DNA from: Azolla caroliniana
Taxonomy: Eukaryota > Plantae > Polypodiophyta
NCBI GenBank assembly: GCA_043228905.1
Contig: JBHGNT010000016.1
Coordinates: 9,796,001 to 9,860,000, forward strand
DNA length: 64,000 nt
Reading direction: 5' to 3'
Shown piece after piece: positions 20,803 to 33,896 of the stretch. The position numbers and the translations under genes are program-made. The notes under the pieces are model-generated. The model made no database searches and had not been told where the DNA came from. It was given only the letters and a program-made list of their open reading frames with translations. Position 1 is the stretch's first letter. Each line of letters begins with the position of its first letter.

Positions 20803-22510
20803 GTGAAAACACACAATTATATTAATAAATGTGTGTAAAAAACACTATTTACAATGGGTGTGACCATGAAGTATGGTTACCCACTAACTACACTACACTA
20901 CATGGGTAATGGAACATGTTGAATTGCCAATAGGCAAGACGAACATTCCACCAAGGAAAGGATTTCCACTTGCTCCAATAAAGAAAATTGCCACATTAGT
21001 ACTCCAACTTTCGTAGATATGCTTTCACTCCATGTCTTTCATCGAATACAAAAGCGTTGCGCATATTCCAATTATGACATAATCCCCAATATCTCAAAAA
21101 TAGAAAAACAATCTCCATCTTTGACTTTGGATCCACTTGTGTAAATTGTGCAAACACCCAATGTCTAGGTGTCAAATAACATCGTGATAAAACTTGCCGA
21201 ATTTGAGAAATGTAACTCCAAATCTGAGAAGCAATCAGGCATTGTATAAATCGATGAGTACTATCTTCCATTTGAACAGTGCAAAAAATAAAATTACCCA
21301 TTGCTAGTCCACGACGCTTTAGAGCTAATCCCAAAGGCAATCCTCCAATCAAAACTCTCCAAATGAAGACCTTTGCTACAAGTGGCAATTTAGAATGCCA
21401 ACTACATTGTAAGATTTGTCACCACCCATGATCAGATTTGTGTAATCTCCATTCTTCTTCAGCCTTAGATGATAACCATCTGAGAGACTCAACAAAGCAA
21501 TGATACAAAAGATTAGTAGTCACTTGTAACAAGGATGTTTGACCCTTTGAACACCAATCAATCCACGATTGTTCTCCTGTTTGTAGAGGTAAGGGACCTT
21601 GCATCAATGGAATATTACGTAGTTGTTACCAAATAAACCCATAATTAGGCGGAATGCGTAATAATTGTTGTGCTTCAACAAACTCCAAAATTCTTTGAGA
21701 TGGAGCCTCAACTATATCTTCCACCTCTTTGACCCCCAAACAAAACAAATGATTTAATTGAGAGCGTAATCTCTCCTTTCCTGGCCAACATAATAACTGA
21801 GAAGACACAAGTAACTCTTTTTGCAAAGAATTACAATGCTCTCTACTAGATGATGGTTTCCATACACATAACAAGAGTGCTTCTTGCCATGAGGTAACCA
21901 CGTGTTGAACACATGTAGAGCCCGGAATCCTAAGTGAAATACATCCATTTAGTAATTGCCACCATGAAGCCTTAATTGTTGTCCTCCCATGTGTTAAACC
22001 CTTGTTCTCAATGAAATATTGAACAATCGATATCCATGGTTATGAGTGTGAACACATGTCTTGTAATAATGAAAATCTATGAGCCATCATATGCTTAGAT
22101 AAGTTCAATACTCTAGGCCCCCCCAAGCGCTTAGGAGTTGCTAGATGATTCCATGCAACCCAAGTGATTCCCATCTTATCCCTTTTCTTCCACAACAAAT
22201 ATCGAAGAGGTTGCAAAATAAAATGCAACGCCTTCTTTGTCCATGGCAACAATGACAAGTAATATAATATCATAGGTTCCATAATACATTGTACAACCTT
22301 CAAACGTACATGAAATGGCCAAGATTGTGATTTCCAATACATGAACTTACCTTCAACTTACAAGACATCCATTCAATCAATTGACCATTTGTAACATTCA
22401 TTCCTAATGGATAGCCCAAGTGTCGAAAAATAGAGCTTTTCTTCACCACAGATCCTTGCCATCCAAAACATTCCAAATCCCTTTCAGTACATGATATGAG
22501 ACTAGACATA
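20799..22510 (-). mobile_element. 5'-truncated L1-type LINE (end of RT plus zf-RVT region)
   Basis: FRHLGYPLG; WVAWNHLATPKRLGG..VLNL; KVFIWRVLIGGLP...FC....EDSTHRFIQC. The 3' end abuts the microsatellite. Confidence 0.9.
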
Positions 22511-23360
22511 GTTTTCTTGGAAGACAAAACAATTGATGATTGGGAGAAACAGAAGTCGAAATCGACTCCCTAGTCGCCCTCGCCTACAACCTTAAGACTA
22601 GCTGAACCGACACAGTTGGCTACATGGAAGAGCTAAATCCAAGTCCATCAACTCAAATCAACTGACCTATAAGTCAGGGTCGATGAACATATTGAAGTCG
22701 ATCGAAGAATACGAATTAGAGTAAATGGAAATCCGACAACCGATCGACATGAATGAACCCGAGCCAAGAGAAGAGTTGGCTGAGACATCCGGGCCAGTGC
22801 CAATGACTTCTTCAATCGACACACCAGGTTCTCTTTCCCTTTCTCCTCAAAGCCTTCGAGTTGTTGCATGTAAATCTCTTTATCCAGCTCTCCGTGCAAG
22901 AATGTCGTCTTGACATCCAACTGTTTGATCTCTAGGTCCATGTTGGCAGCTATGCTCAGAACAGTTTGGATGGATGTCATCTTCACGACTGGCGGGAATA
23001 TCTCATTGAAGTCAACACCCTTGTTCTATTGGAACCCCTTCACCACTATGCGGGCTTTATGCCTAGGCGCGTTGTCGACTTCTCTAGTCTTCACCTTATA
23101 GACCCATTTGTTCCTAAGTGCTCTCATACCTTTCGGTAATTCTACCAGGTCGTTGGTGTAGTTTTCATACAAGGAGTTCATCTCGTCTTGCATTGCACTC
23201 AGCCATCTTTCTCTGTCTTGTCAGCAATGGCTTCTTCATAGCACTCTGGTTCACCTTCATCAGTCAAGAGGATGTATTGAATGGCATATGTTGTCAGTGC
23301 TCTTCGAAAGCCATCGGCCCCACAAAAGAGGCAATGAGCCCTTGCTCGAGAAGTAGTCTT
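22511..23360. pseudogene. pol: Ty1/copia (TNT1/Tork-like) pol fragments in opposite orientations
   Basis: Plus strand 22511-22810 reads VFLEDKTIDDWEK. Minus strand 22810-23350 reads YILLTDEGEPECYEEA and QLDVKTTFLHGELDKEIYMQQ. Confidence 0.85.
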
Positions 23361-23399
23361 GTCGTCAAGCAAACCTCGGGTCTTCTCTATCCCATCGTA

Positions 23400-24249
23400 C
23401 TCCCTAGTCCAAGACCCCTGTGGTCCCGCCCAAGTAACACACATGCGCGAAACTTTGCGACAACGTCTTTCCTCATATGTTTGCTTCTGTTGTGTTTCCA
23501 CTCTCTGTGGTTTCGCAGCCGATGCTTCTTTGTTTGGTTGTGGGTGTCATTGAGCTTTCTGCTTTGTCCGTCCGGTTAGTTGCGTTGCATTCGGGTTTCG
23601 AACCGGTTCATGAGCAGGTGGAGGTGTCGGCATCGGTGTTGACTCGGGTACTGTTGTGTTGGGCATAGGAGTCATATTGGCTCCTACTACTGCTCGGGCT
23701 GATTGTTGGGTGTCGACTGTTGTCAGCTCCGGTTCCTACCATTCTTCTTGTGGCACTTCACTCTGGCTCCTTGATGCTGTCTGTGGCACTGGTTGTCCCT
23801 ATGTCCTTCAGGTGCTACATCGACTCTTCGAACTAGGTGTCAGGCAGAGTACTGTAAACCATCTTGCGAATATAGGCTTCATGGGTTTGCCACTTTGAAC
23901 CCCTTTGATCTGCTCCTTAAGTGCCTCCTCTGTCAAGTATCCCCAGTCAAATATTTCCCCTTCATATGTAGATATTATGAAACCTGCCCGATTTTTAGGC
24001 ATACAATAAAATCGGGGACTGACATATGCGACCTCCAACAGAAACTTGACGACCTCATGAAAGAATTCATCTTGACCGCCTTGAGTTTGATAGGCTTTGG
24101 CCGATGGTGAATAATCACCGAAATATGACCTCAACACTTCCGATTTAAGGTTTTCCATCGCATCAAATCCTTCTCTTCTAAGATTAAAAAATCGACGTAC
24201 CTATTTGTTGGTGATTTTGGCTTCATTGATTTCATGGACTATTTCTACA
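23400..24249 (-). pseudogene. Accessory 3' ORF, downstream part (continues 31259-31361)
   Basis: EIVHEINEAKIT...YFGDYSPSAKAYQTQGG...KNRAGFIISTYEGEIFDWG. Confidence 0.85.
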
Positions 24250-24504
24250 TGTTGGGGACAAGGCCGTCAATGCAGAAGTGCAAGCAACATTCGTGATGAA
24301 GAATATCCTATGTATGCACGAGCAAGATAGACACAGAGGGAGAGAGAGTGAGAGAGAGAGGCACAACGTATAAATTGTATTTCAATAGCAACAGTTACAA
24401 ATAACAACCAACCTTTACTAAAGGTTACAAAGTCACTTTATATAGTGACTATCCTAGGGCAACTGCCCTTTATGCTATTTACAAAAATGGCCCAAACTTG
24501 GGCT
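24250..24504 (-). repeat. Distal part of the copia G 3' LTR
   Basis: Reverse complement of 31410-31666. Followed on the minus strand by TGTAG, matching TSD CGTAG with one transition. Confidence 0.92.
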
Positions 24505-25180
24505 CCTCTTCAAAGAGGAGGTTGGAGTAGCGTCTCCAAGTCCCTTCGAGCCCAACCATGTTCTTCTTTTCTCATATCAAAGGCAGATGGACCGAATTCG
24601 GCTCCAGTCCTCCTGTAAACCTGTTTCAGTTTCACTTGATTCCATAAGTTTTTCTAGCTCTACCCTATCCACATAGGGAACCGAGCGAAGGAGGAGAACC
24701 ACCTTCTCTGGTTCAAGCAAAGTTTGCTCCCGAACTGAGAGTTGTCGGAACTTTGCTTCAAAATCAATAAGGGTCTCTAGAACTGACCCATGCTTCTTGT
24801 CCAACTCCACCCAAGCTTCAAATGCCCGCTGAGTCATCTTGGTGGAATCAGCATAATTAAAAACACCAAGCAAATCACGACGGAATTCCTCCCATTCAAC
24901 ATCTTGCGTTTGAAGCTCTTCTATGATAGGAAGAACATTGGTAGCTACCACACGATGGAAGTTGGATTTCTTCAAATTAGCGGGAATATTGCGATGTAAC
25001 ATCTCCACATTGAACACCTACAAAAATCGGGTCACATCCTTTCCAGTGAATGGACCTAACTTCTCTAATACCCCATCCAAAAATCGATCTAGGTTCAGAT
25101 TCCTCTCCCTACCTATGAGAACAACTTCTAGAATTGATTGAAGTTGTGTTGCATCCATGTTAGAAGAGGTAAAATCCCAA
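24505..25180 (-). pseudogene. gag: gag-like ORF of a gypsy element with a Trp-type PBS (family H)
   Basis: FTGKDVTRFL*VFNVEM...WEEFRRDLLGVF...DFEAKFRQLS. Lies just downstream of the PBS. Confidence 0.7.
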
Positions 25181-25211
25181 AGAACTCACTCTCCTTGCCA
25201 CCCATTTTCAT

Positions 25212-25224
25212 GTCGGGTTCACCA
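25212..25224 (-). promoter_or_regulatory. PBS TGGTGAACCCGAC (tRNA-Trp type)
   Basis: 2 nt from the LTR end. Complements the recalled plant tRNA-Trp 3' end ...GUCGGGUUCACCA. Confidence 0.8.
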
Positions 25225-25226
25225 CA

Positions 25227-25653
25227 TGTCGTGTCGAAGAACGTCACGTATAAGAGCTTCGCGTGTCCGGGCGGAACCACTAGAGTTCTGAACCAAGAGA
25301 GTGGAAATAAGAAGATGGAAGAGAAGAGTGGGAAGTCGAGCCGGAAGTATCTCAATAGTCACAAGTGGTTTGCAGCCCTACCCGTGAAGACAAAAACCCT
25401 TATATTGTTCCACCTACATAACCAAATTAAGGTGCAAACACAGATTGGAAATCCCTCTAGAAGAGCTTTCCAACGAGCTATAGAACGTCAAAAACAGACG
25501 TCAGAATTGAGAGTTATCAAGAAAATACCGTACAATGCTGCTCCTCAAACGCAGACGAAGAAGAAATGCCAAAATAGGAAATTCACTATTTCTTCGAGAG
25601 AAAAAACCTTTACAAAATAGGACTCTTTGATTGTTCCCCCCCCGTCCATGACA
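25227..25653 (-). repeat. LTR family H
   Basis: TGTC...GACA termini, PBS downstream and PPT-like GAGGGGAGGA upstream. Confidence 0.7.
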
Positions 25654-26659
25654 ATAATCCTCCCCTCTTATACTAAATTAATGCCATTACATGTAGGCCA
25701 TGTGGCACACACCTAGAGAAGCCAATGCATGTGCGCGATATAAAGCATGTGGGCCATGTGGCACACATGTAGAGAAACTTTGCATGTGCGTTATATGGTG
25801 TACATGAAATACATTACATGGTTTTGACTCTACAACATTTGTTCCAAAATAATGCAAATAAATCCCTAAGAACAATAATACTAAAGAACTTTGAGTCTAG
25901 AATGTAAATCAATTCCAATGAGTTGAATCAGATGGATCTCCAAGGAGTGATGGGTCACCGAACCAAGTCGAGATACGTTGTCGTGCCTTTTGGCGCTGGA
26001 TTGTTTGCGTGAGTCGGGTGGGAACCACTGAGGTTTTGGACTAGGAAGAGGAAGAATTTGAGACGATTCTAATTATAAATAGATTATTAGAAAATTGTGA
26101 ATCCCACAAGTATAATGTATTTTATTGATTAATATTTATGTAAGAATATGTATTTAGATTGATAGAGAAAGATATAGAAATCTCGTGAATTCCACGTCGA
26201 GTATAGTTTATTAATCGGTGTTTTAGGAAATATATCCAATTTCCCAAATATTTCACACCACTATTACATTGTGCTCCCCATCCTTATGTAGTGATGAGGG
26301 AGTCTTAGGAATCCATGCTTTTCTCTAACTATAGACTCCATGCTTTTTCTAACTTGTGCGTTTTTTATCAACTATAGCATTCATGCACGCTAGATGTGCA
26401 TGCGTAGCTTTTTCTTTTAGCATGCGTTTTCTTTTAACTAAAGTTTATCCTAGGTGAACTAACTTTTCGATATGGAACATCTACTTTTTAACACTAATGA
26501 AATGCTAGTGCAATGGTAAGACATTACATTATTAACATGGAGGTGCAAGGTTTGAATCTTGCCCTATGCATGTTATATATATTTTAATATTTTCTACTAT
26601 TTATTCATATTTATTAAATCGGTACTTTATAAGTTTTTCACGTAGTGTACGAAATACAC

Positions 26660-28599
26660 TACGACAACGTGGTTGTAGTTGAGGCAAGTGTGGAATCGTG
26701 GTGGCACCAATCAGTCGTATCCCTTTACGACAACGGCTGGCCGACGAAGATGACAACACAACCGAGACGAACGACTGGACAATGACCGCAAGACGACGAC
26801 GAACTAACAAAGACCAAAAAGGCTGGAGAGGCGGGAAGGCCGCCGCCAAAACGAAGGTCGAATAATGGACGAGACGCCGGACAGTGATGACGGAGCCGAA
26901 GAGGAAAACGAAAACGGAGACGGCCAAACAAGGATGACAACAACGGTCAGAGCTGGAGCCCGAACGACGGACGAGCAGCCAAATAGTGGCTGAGGAGCGG
27001 CCGAAGCGGCTAGAATAGTCAAACAGTGACCAGAGTGGCCAGACATGTTGGACAGAGAACCGCCAATCGAAGACCGGAATGGGCCGGACAGTTGGAACGG
27101 TGACGGAGCCGGGACGACGATCGGACGACGGTGGCTACATACCAACGACTAGAGTGGTGGTGAGCCAACAGCGGCCCAGTCGGACAGAGACAGTGACCGG
27201 ATGGAGTGGCGGTCGTACAGTCGTAGCAATAGAGCAGCAGCCTGCCGGATAGTAGCTCGATCAATTTCTGGAATGCGCAATTACACATAACGGCTAGATA
27301 GAGACGACCGAACTGGCTGAACGATGGAGATAGTCAAACCGACGGCTAGACAACAACGGAAGAGTAACCGAATAGGCGGCCGGACGGGCCAGATGGATAT
27401 AGAGACGAGAGACAAAAACTGTTGGACATACGACCGGACAACGGATGGCCGGATAATAGCCAACGGCCAGAAGGAACGGCGGCGACCGGATAGGAGCGGC
27501 GGCCTGAAACCCTAAACAGACCGTTGGAGTTGCCGAAACGATGGATTGGATGGGAACGATGCCAGAGACAGAGATGAAGTGGCGGGAAGAACCAAAATGC
27601 TAGGAATGGCCGGCCAACACCCGGAATGGCCAAACAACTAGTGGCTGAACAGAGAGATAGGGACCGTGGACAGAGCTAACAACCACCACAGGCAGAGACC
27701 TGACAGGAGGCTAATAGGATACGTCAAAACATAAAAGAAAGAAGAAGAACAACCAAAAAATTAAGAAGAAACGAAGAAGGAAAATGCAAGAAGGAGAGAG
27801 AAGAAGAACAGAATGATACATCAATACAACAAGAAGAAGAGGATGGCATCAACGAGAGATCTAAGAAAAATACATAGAAGAAATAGATAGAGAAGTGAGT
27901 GAGACAGAACCAAGAGAGAGGAGGGGAATAATAATAATAATAAATCAATCAATAAAACGAAAGGGCAAGAGAGAATGATAGGGGTATCGAACATAATTAT
28001 AAAAACAGGAGGGTACATAATACAATTTTCAAAACCAAAGGGCATTGTCATTAGTTTAGAAAATTTGAGGCTACAATACCTAAATTTAAAAACTCCTCCA
28101 CCTAAAGAAATGGACATGATCAACCACGACAACTCACACAAAATTAAAGGAAGAACACACATACACACAACGTGCTTTTGGACCCATGATGAAGTTCGTG
28201 AGCCGACAGAATGGGAATGTTCGTGTCAATGAAGTCGTTGACCGAAGGAGATGTTTTAGTCAAGCACTCCGATCGAGGAAATTTCGGTCGAAGAAAGATT
28301 ATGATCAAGGCATGTTGGATTGACGTGCAAGGCACTCTCCCACGGGCGTGCCATATTGTGTTACCATACGAGATGTACGGGTGATTGATAAGTGTTATAA
28401 GTGAGGGTGAAAGATGTAATGTGTTGATATGTATGTGTAATGTTATACAATTATGAGTGTGAATGTAAGTGTGAGTGTGGTTGATACAAAGAGGTGTGAG
28501 TGAGTGACTAGGTGCGAATGCCAAGGGGGCTTGCACCCTTCTGTATCTACCCTTTTGCACCTATTTAACCCCATATGGGAATGAATGAATAGAATGATC

Positions 28600-28634
<35 letters not shown>

Positions 28635-28781
28635 CCTTAACATTGAACCCCCTTGGGAGGGGGGTGGAGCCATTCTAGGAACCACCCCACACCCTATAAT
28701 GCTTCTCAATGCACATCCCGCAATCATCATCAATCATCATCATTATCATAAATATTAACCCTAACCCTAAACCCTACAACA
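26660..28781 (+). mobile_element. Family C non-autonomous element (5' truncated): tRNA-like motif 28309-28353, LTR 28359-28781
   Basis: The 3' about 600 bp is highly similar to 7260-7999. CCCTAACCCTAAACCCTA at 28759-28776. Confidence 0.85.
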
Positions 28782-28786
28782 CTTTT

Positions 28787-28796
28787 TGACGACCAC
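28787..28796 (+). promoter_or_regulatory. PBS TG(A)CGACCAC (tRNA-Arg type, one mismatch)
   Basis: 5 nt after the LTR end. The same CGACCACTAAGGAGAC occurs at 5519-5534. Confidence 0.7.
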
Positions 28797-28805
28797 TAAG
28801 GAGAC

Positions 28806-30775
28806 CACTACCTACTGGGATGGAAATTTACATTTCACCTCGATCACCTATTTAGTGTCGAAGCAATAACTCACAGGTAAATTAGCAAGATGGACAATGT
28901 TGTTGCAGGAATTCAAATTCAACATTCTTCATTGACTAGGGGTGCAACATGCAATTGTTGATTACCTTTGTCGACTGGAGCTGGGAGAAGAGGGAATAGG
29001 AGTTAAAGATGATTTTCCCAACGCTCAATTTTCAGGTTGGCATAGTAGCAACCACAAAGATGGGTGAGGACACCGTAGATGCATGGAAGAAATGTCAATT
29101 TTTCTTAGTACGGGACTACCACCCAAAAATATGTCTTTAGATGGAAGTTAACGATTAGCCGTCAGAAGTAGGAATATTTGTCTACTGAATGACACACTAT
29201 ACCATAAAGGGGCTGATGGGATATGGGAACGTGCGGTTCAACAATTGAGAAAGAAGCAATTTTACGAGAAACTCATTGCAGTATAGCTAGGGGGGGCATT
29301 ATGCTGGTGAAACAACGGCCATGAAAATATGGAGTAGTGGCCTGTGGTGGCCGACAACTACCAAGCATGCAGTCGAGTATTGTCGACAATGTGACTTATG
29401 TCAACGAACCGGTCAGCCAACAGAAAAATACAAATGGCCTTTTCACCAATATTACCATTAGAACCTTCCCAAAAATGGGGTCTCGACTTTGTCGGCCCAT
29501 TTAAACCAACAGTTATCAGGACTAGAAATCGATATATTATAGTTGTTATAGACTACTGTACGATTTGGTCGAAGCTAAACCTTTACGGGATAACACGACA
29601 GCTTCGACAACCAAATTTCTCTATGAGAACATATGGTGTCATTTCGGTTGTCCAATTGAATTAGTCAGTGATCAAGGTACTCATTTCATTAATAAAATAG
29701 TACATGAATTATCTACATATTATGCAGTAGTGCACAAAAAGAGTACTCCGTACTACCCTCAAGCCAATGGATTAGCAGAGTCTCCAAACAAAACCCTTCA
29801 AATGATTTTAAGAAAAATAGTTAATGAAAACAGAACTATTTGGGATCAAAAATTAAATAGTGCTTTATGGGGGCCTATCACACTTCATATAAAATAGTCA
29901 TCAAATCGACTCCATTTAGAATGGCATTCGGGTTAGAATCAGTAATGCCAGTAGAATTCCAACTTCTAAAACTACGTGTACAAGTCATCGAAAGATTGGA
30001 TGAGGGGCACTTGGAACGAATTCGAAAAGAACAGTTGTTGGCTTTAGAAGAAAGTCGGTTGCAGCCAATGTGTGCACTCGAACAAAAACAGAGACAGACA
30101 AGGGCATTTGTTGACCGACACCGACAACAAAAAGAAAAAATGTTCACAGTCGGTAAGCCTGTACTGGTCTTTTAGACAAAGATGGGTTCAATGCCTGGAA
30201 AACTTCGATTTCGATGGACAAGGCCATTTTGGATAGTGGATAGTGATGAGGAGAGAGAAAAATGATAGAGAAGAGAAGAGGAAGAGAAAAGAATACTTCA
30301 ATATATTATTAAGAAAACAATACAATCCTCTTAGAGTCCAAAAGTAACAACCCCAAATAACTACTTAAATATACTATTAGCCAAAATAGTCTTTTCTTCT
30401 TCACTCTTGCTTCTTCTCACTTCTTCTAGCCTTCATATTCTTCCTCACTTCTTCTTGTAGATATTCTCTTCTTACTCCCTCCATCTCTTGTAGATATTCT
30501 ATTCTTCCTTCTCCTTTATAAATATTCTATATCCCCTTTGTCTCTCCCAATCGCTAAGAGTACCCTCATACTTATAGGTTTTTAGTTGCGTTATTCTTGC
30601 TTTTTCTTAAAATTTCTTTTCTTTCACATATCCTCGAGTTTGTGTGGTCTTTTCCTACGAGCAAAAATCGACTTTATAGACAACAATGATGGCAAATATC
30701 AAGTCGGCACAATCTCAAGAGAAATTATACCAAAATGGGTAAATGGTTTTCGGCTAAAACCATATAAGGGATCAA
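28806..30775 (+). pseudogene. pol: Non-chromovirus RNase H end plus integrase (degenerate)
   Basis: HYLLGWKFTFH; [11 protein letters not shown]; SDQGTHF; PQANGLAES; KLRFRWTRPFWI; VNGFRLKPY. Confidence 0.92.
30244..30684 (-). repeat. LTR-like insertion in the integrase C-terminus
   Basis: Interrupts WIVDS|..DGKYQVGT. Has minus-strand TATTTAAG and a CT-rich end finishing in CATCA. No clean TSD. Confidence 0.5.
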
Positions 30776-31258
30776 TGTTGATAAAAAGTCGGAGTTGGAG
30801 TCGACACCAACAATCAACCAACCACGTCGTGACGTGGCAGAGTCATAAATGTAAATAGTATTATTATTACTAAAAAAAGGAATATATATATATATATAAC
30901 ATAAATAGTCTTGGCAAAAATATAACAGAAATAATAGAAAAAGCATGATGACTTCTTGGAATGGTCTTTTTCAAGCGACAAAATCATGCAACATTCATTA
31001 CGAGTGGTGAAGCTATTATTACTATATTTGTACTACTATTGTCATAAATAGCATACTCTCTTTCATAATAATCGTCGTAAAATGAAACGTCTATTCCCTC
31101 AAAACCCTATCTTGTCACTTTCTATCTCACAGAAGCAGAAAAATTTTTGAGTGCACAGAATACACAGATTTCATTCATCTTCTCTAGGCACACATTATTC
31201 AAAACAACAATACAACACTCCATCACTCAACAGTTCCGACATCTCCTAGGACGATAAC

Positions 31259-31361
31259 ATGCCGATCCCTGTATCAGATGAACTACGACAGTGGCTACAC
31301 AATAAAGGATTGGAAGGGTATTTGCAGGTTGCAAATGTCAAACCACACCCACACACCGTAG
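31259..31361 (+). pseudogene. Accessory 3' ORF, N-terminus
   Basis: MPIPVSDELRQWLHNKGLEGYLQVANVKPHPHTV aligns with MDPQTLSEAAKTWLKQHGLEGFLMMMEVPPHKE. Confidence 0.85.
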
Positions 31362-33896
31362 TGTCGAATACGAGTGTATAATGGACGTATTCACATTGTC
31401 CCTTTGGACAGCCCAAGTTTGGGTGATTTCTGTAAGTAGCATAAAGGGCAGTTGCCCTAGGATAGTCACTATATAAAGTGACTTTGTAACCTTTAGTAAA
31501 GGTTGGTTGTTATTTGTAACTGTTGCTATTGAAATACAATTTATACGTTGTGCCTCTCTCTCTCACTCACTCTCTCCCTCTGTGTCTATCTTGCTCATGC
31601 ATACATAGGATATTCTTCATCACGAATGTTGCTTGCACTTCCGCATTGATGGCCTTGTCCCCAACATTTGGTATCAGAGCGTCTGAGGTTCTTCAACCCT
31701 CTGCCGGCCGTTATCACACAACACAACATTCTATTTTCGTTTTCTTTGAAGAATAGAGAAGGGAGAAGAAAAAGACAAGAGCTTGCATCTCACTGTGTTA
31801 AATCACAAATTGGAGTAAGCCAGTCGGTTGTTCTCTGTTCCTGTGATTGTAACCGCTTGAGGGGAGCTCCTTGAGCAACAACCAACCCAATCGTGCTTCA
31901 TTTGGTTAAACAACATCTGAATAGGTCATCGGACACTATTCACCCGCTTGCTATAACCACCCGCTGCAGATTGGTCTCCCGACCATCCGACATCGACACC
32001 CGGTGCGACTAGTCCAATCATACCTCGTAGATCCAAGAGACTGTCGCAACCTCCGGAGAGGTACTCTCCCGGAATTTTCTTTACTGACGGCGGCGAAGTG
32101 ACGTCTTATGAAGAAGCATCGGCATCTGCCGATTCAGCCACCTGGCATCTGGCGATGGAGTCGGAAATGCACTCCATTCGAGCAAACAAGACTTGGGACT
32201 TGGTCAAATTACCGAAGAATTGACGTGCTCTTCCATGTAAGTGGGTCTATTGACTAAAAGAGACGTCCGACTCGACCAACCCAAAGTACAAGGCCAGATT
32301 AGTTGCGAAGGGATTTCGACAAGAATCTGGAGTCAACTTCGATGAAATCTTTTCACTAGTGGTGAAAATGACGACCCTTCATTTCATACTCGGCATTGTG
32401 GCTACCAACAACTTGGAGCTGATTCAGCTAGATGTAAAAACGACATTCTTCACGGTGACCTATAGAAGGAAATCTATATGGAGCAACTGAAAGGCTTTGT
32501 GGTATCAGGCCAGGAACATCTAGTCTGCAGAGTCTCTACGGCCTGAAACAGGCACGCCGACAGTGGTACAAGAAGTTCGATGACTTCATCCAATCGGTCG
32601 GCTTCTCAAAGAGCGGTGAGGACCACTATCTCTTCACCAAAATAGCTCAAGACGGGTCTCCCGTCTTCCTCATAATCTACGTGGATGACATGCTACTCTC
32701 CGGTCGGCATGCTGGAGAGCTCACCGAACTTGTTCGGAAACTGCGGTTGAAGTTTCCCATGAAGGACCTCGGTCCAGCAAGACACATACTCGATATGAAG
32801 ATTAGTCGGCATCGCAATACACGACAACTTTTCTTATCTCAAACCGACTACATCATACATGTCTTGGAACACTTCAACATGCACTCGGCCAAGTCTACTT
32901 CAACCCCGCTCCCCATCAACCTTCGGCTATCTCAGTGAGACTGCTCGACATCCGGTTCGGAGGGGGAAGATATGAAGTCGGTACCGTATGCACCGATAGT
33001 CGGCTCCCTTATGTACGCGATGGTCGCGACACGGCCTGATATTTCTCACGCGATAGGAGTCGTCAGCAGATTCATGCACAACCCCGGCTGATCACACTGG
33101 AACGCAATCAAGCATGTGTTCAAATATCTAGCTGGCACAAAAGACCATGACATTCTTTTCGGCCCGAACTCAACCTCAGGCGTAGTCGGTTACACCGACT
33201 CGGACTTCGCCGGCTATGTGGATAGTCGGATATCAACAACCCGATACTATTTCAAATTCGGCAATGGAGAAATCTCGTGAAAGTCAAAACTTCAGGACTG
33301 CACAACCACCTCAACAACTAAACCAGAATATGTAGTTACGTCCGACACGGCAAAAGAAGCTTTATGGCTCGGTTGGCTGGCGCACACGTTTCGACAAGTC
33401 GACTCCGACTTGGCTCCAGTTGTCTACAACGACACTGAGGGTGTTGTTGCCTTGTCCAAAAATCCGGTTCACCACAACACCTCTAAGCATATCAACGTTC
33501 GATATCACTTTGTTCGGGACTGCGTCATCTCAGGGAAAATCGGTCTCGAGAAGATATCCACAACCGATAATGTCGTAGATGGAATGACCAAGTGTCTTTC
33601 GGCGGATCGTTTCCGGTCCCTTAGGCACCATATGGGCGTAACGAAAAATCGGTCTGATTAAAGTCGGACACACAGCACAGGATGGTTTTGGACCACCGAC
33701 ATCGGTTCTCGGAGGATCGGCTTCAGCTCTTCCGACCCGACCGGTTCGGTCCTCTGTCTTCGGATCTTGCTGACTCTGACAAAACCGATCTGTCCGATAA
33801 ACCGTATACATATACATGTAATTCTTTAGATAACCCATGTATACGCCCATTACGGGGGAGTGTCGAATACGAGTGTATAATGGCCGTATTCACATT
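31362..33896 (+). mobile_element. Internally deleted Ty1/copia element G
   Basis: 5' LTR 31362-31666, PBS TGGTATCAGAGC 31669-31680, RT/RNase H 32060-33660 (YVDDML, SKHINVRYHFVR), PPT 33854-33860, and only the first 36 bp of the 3' LTR. Confidence 0.93.

Noticed and set aside
26505-26565. tRNA/SINE-like A and B boxes (also about 1500-1565 and 36695-36750)
   Set aside because: Too degenerate: no cloverleaf, tail or TSD to support a call.
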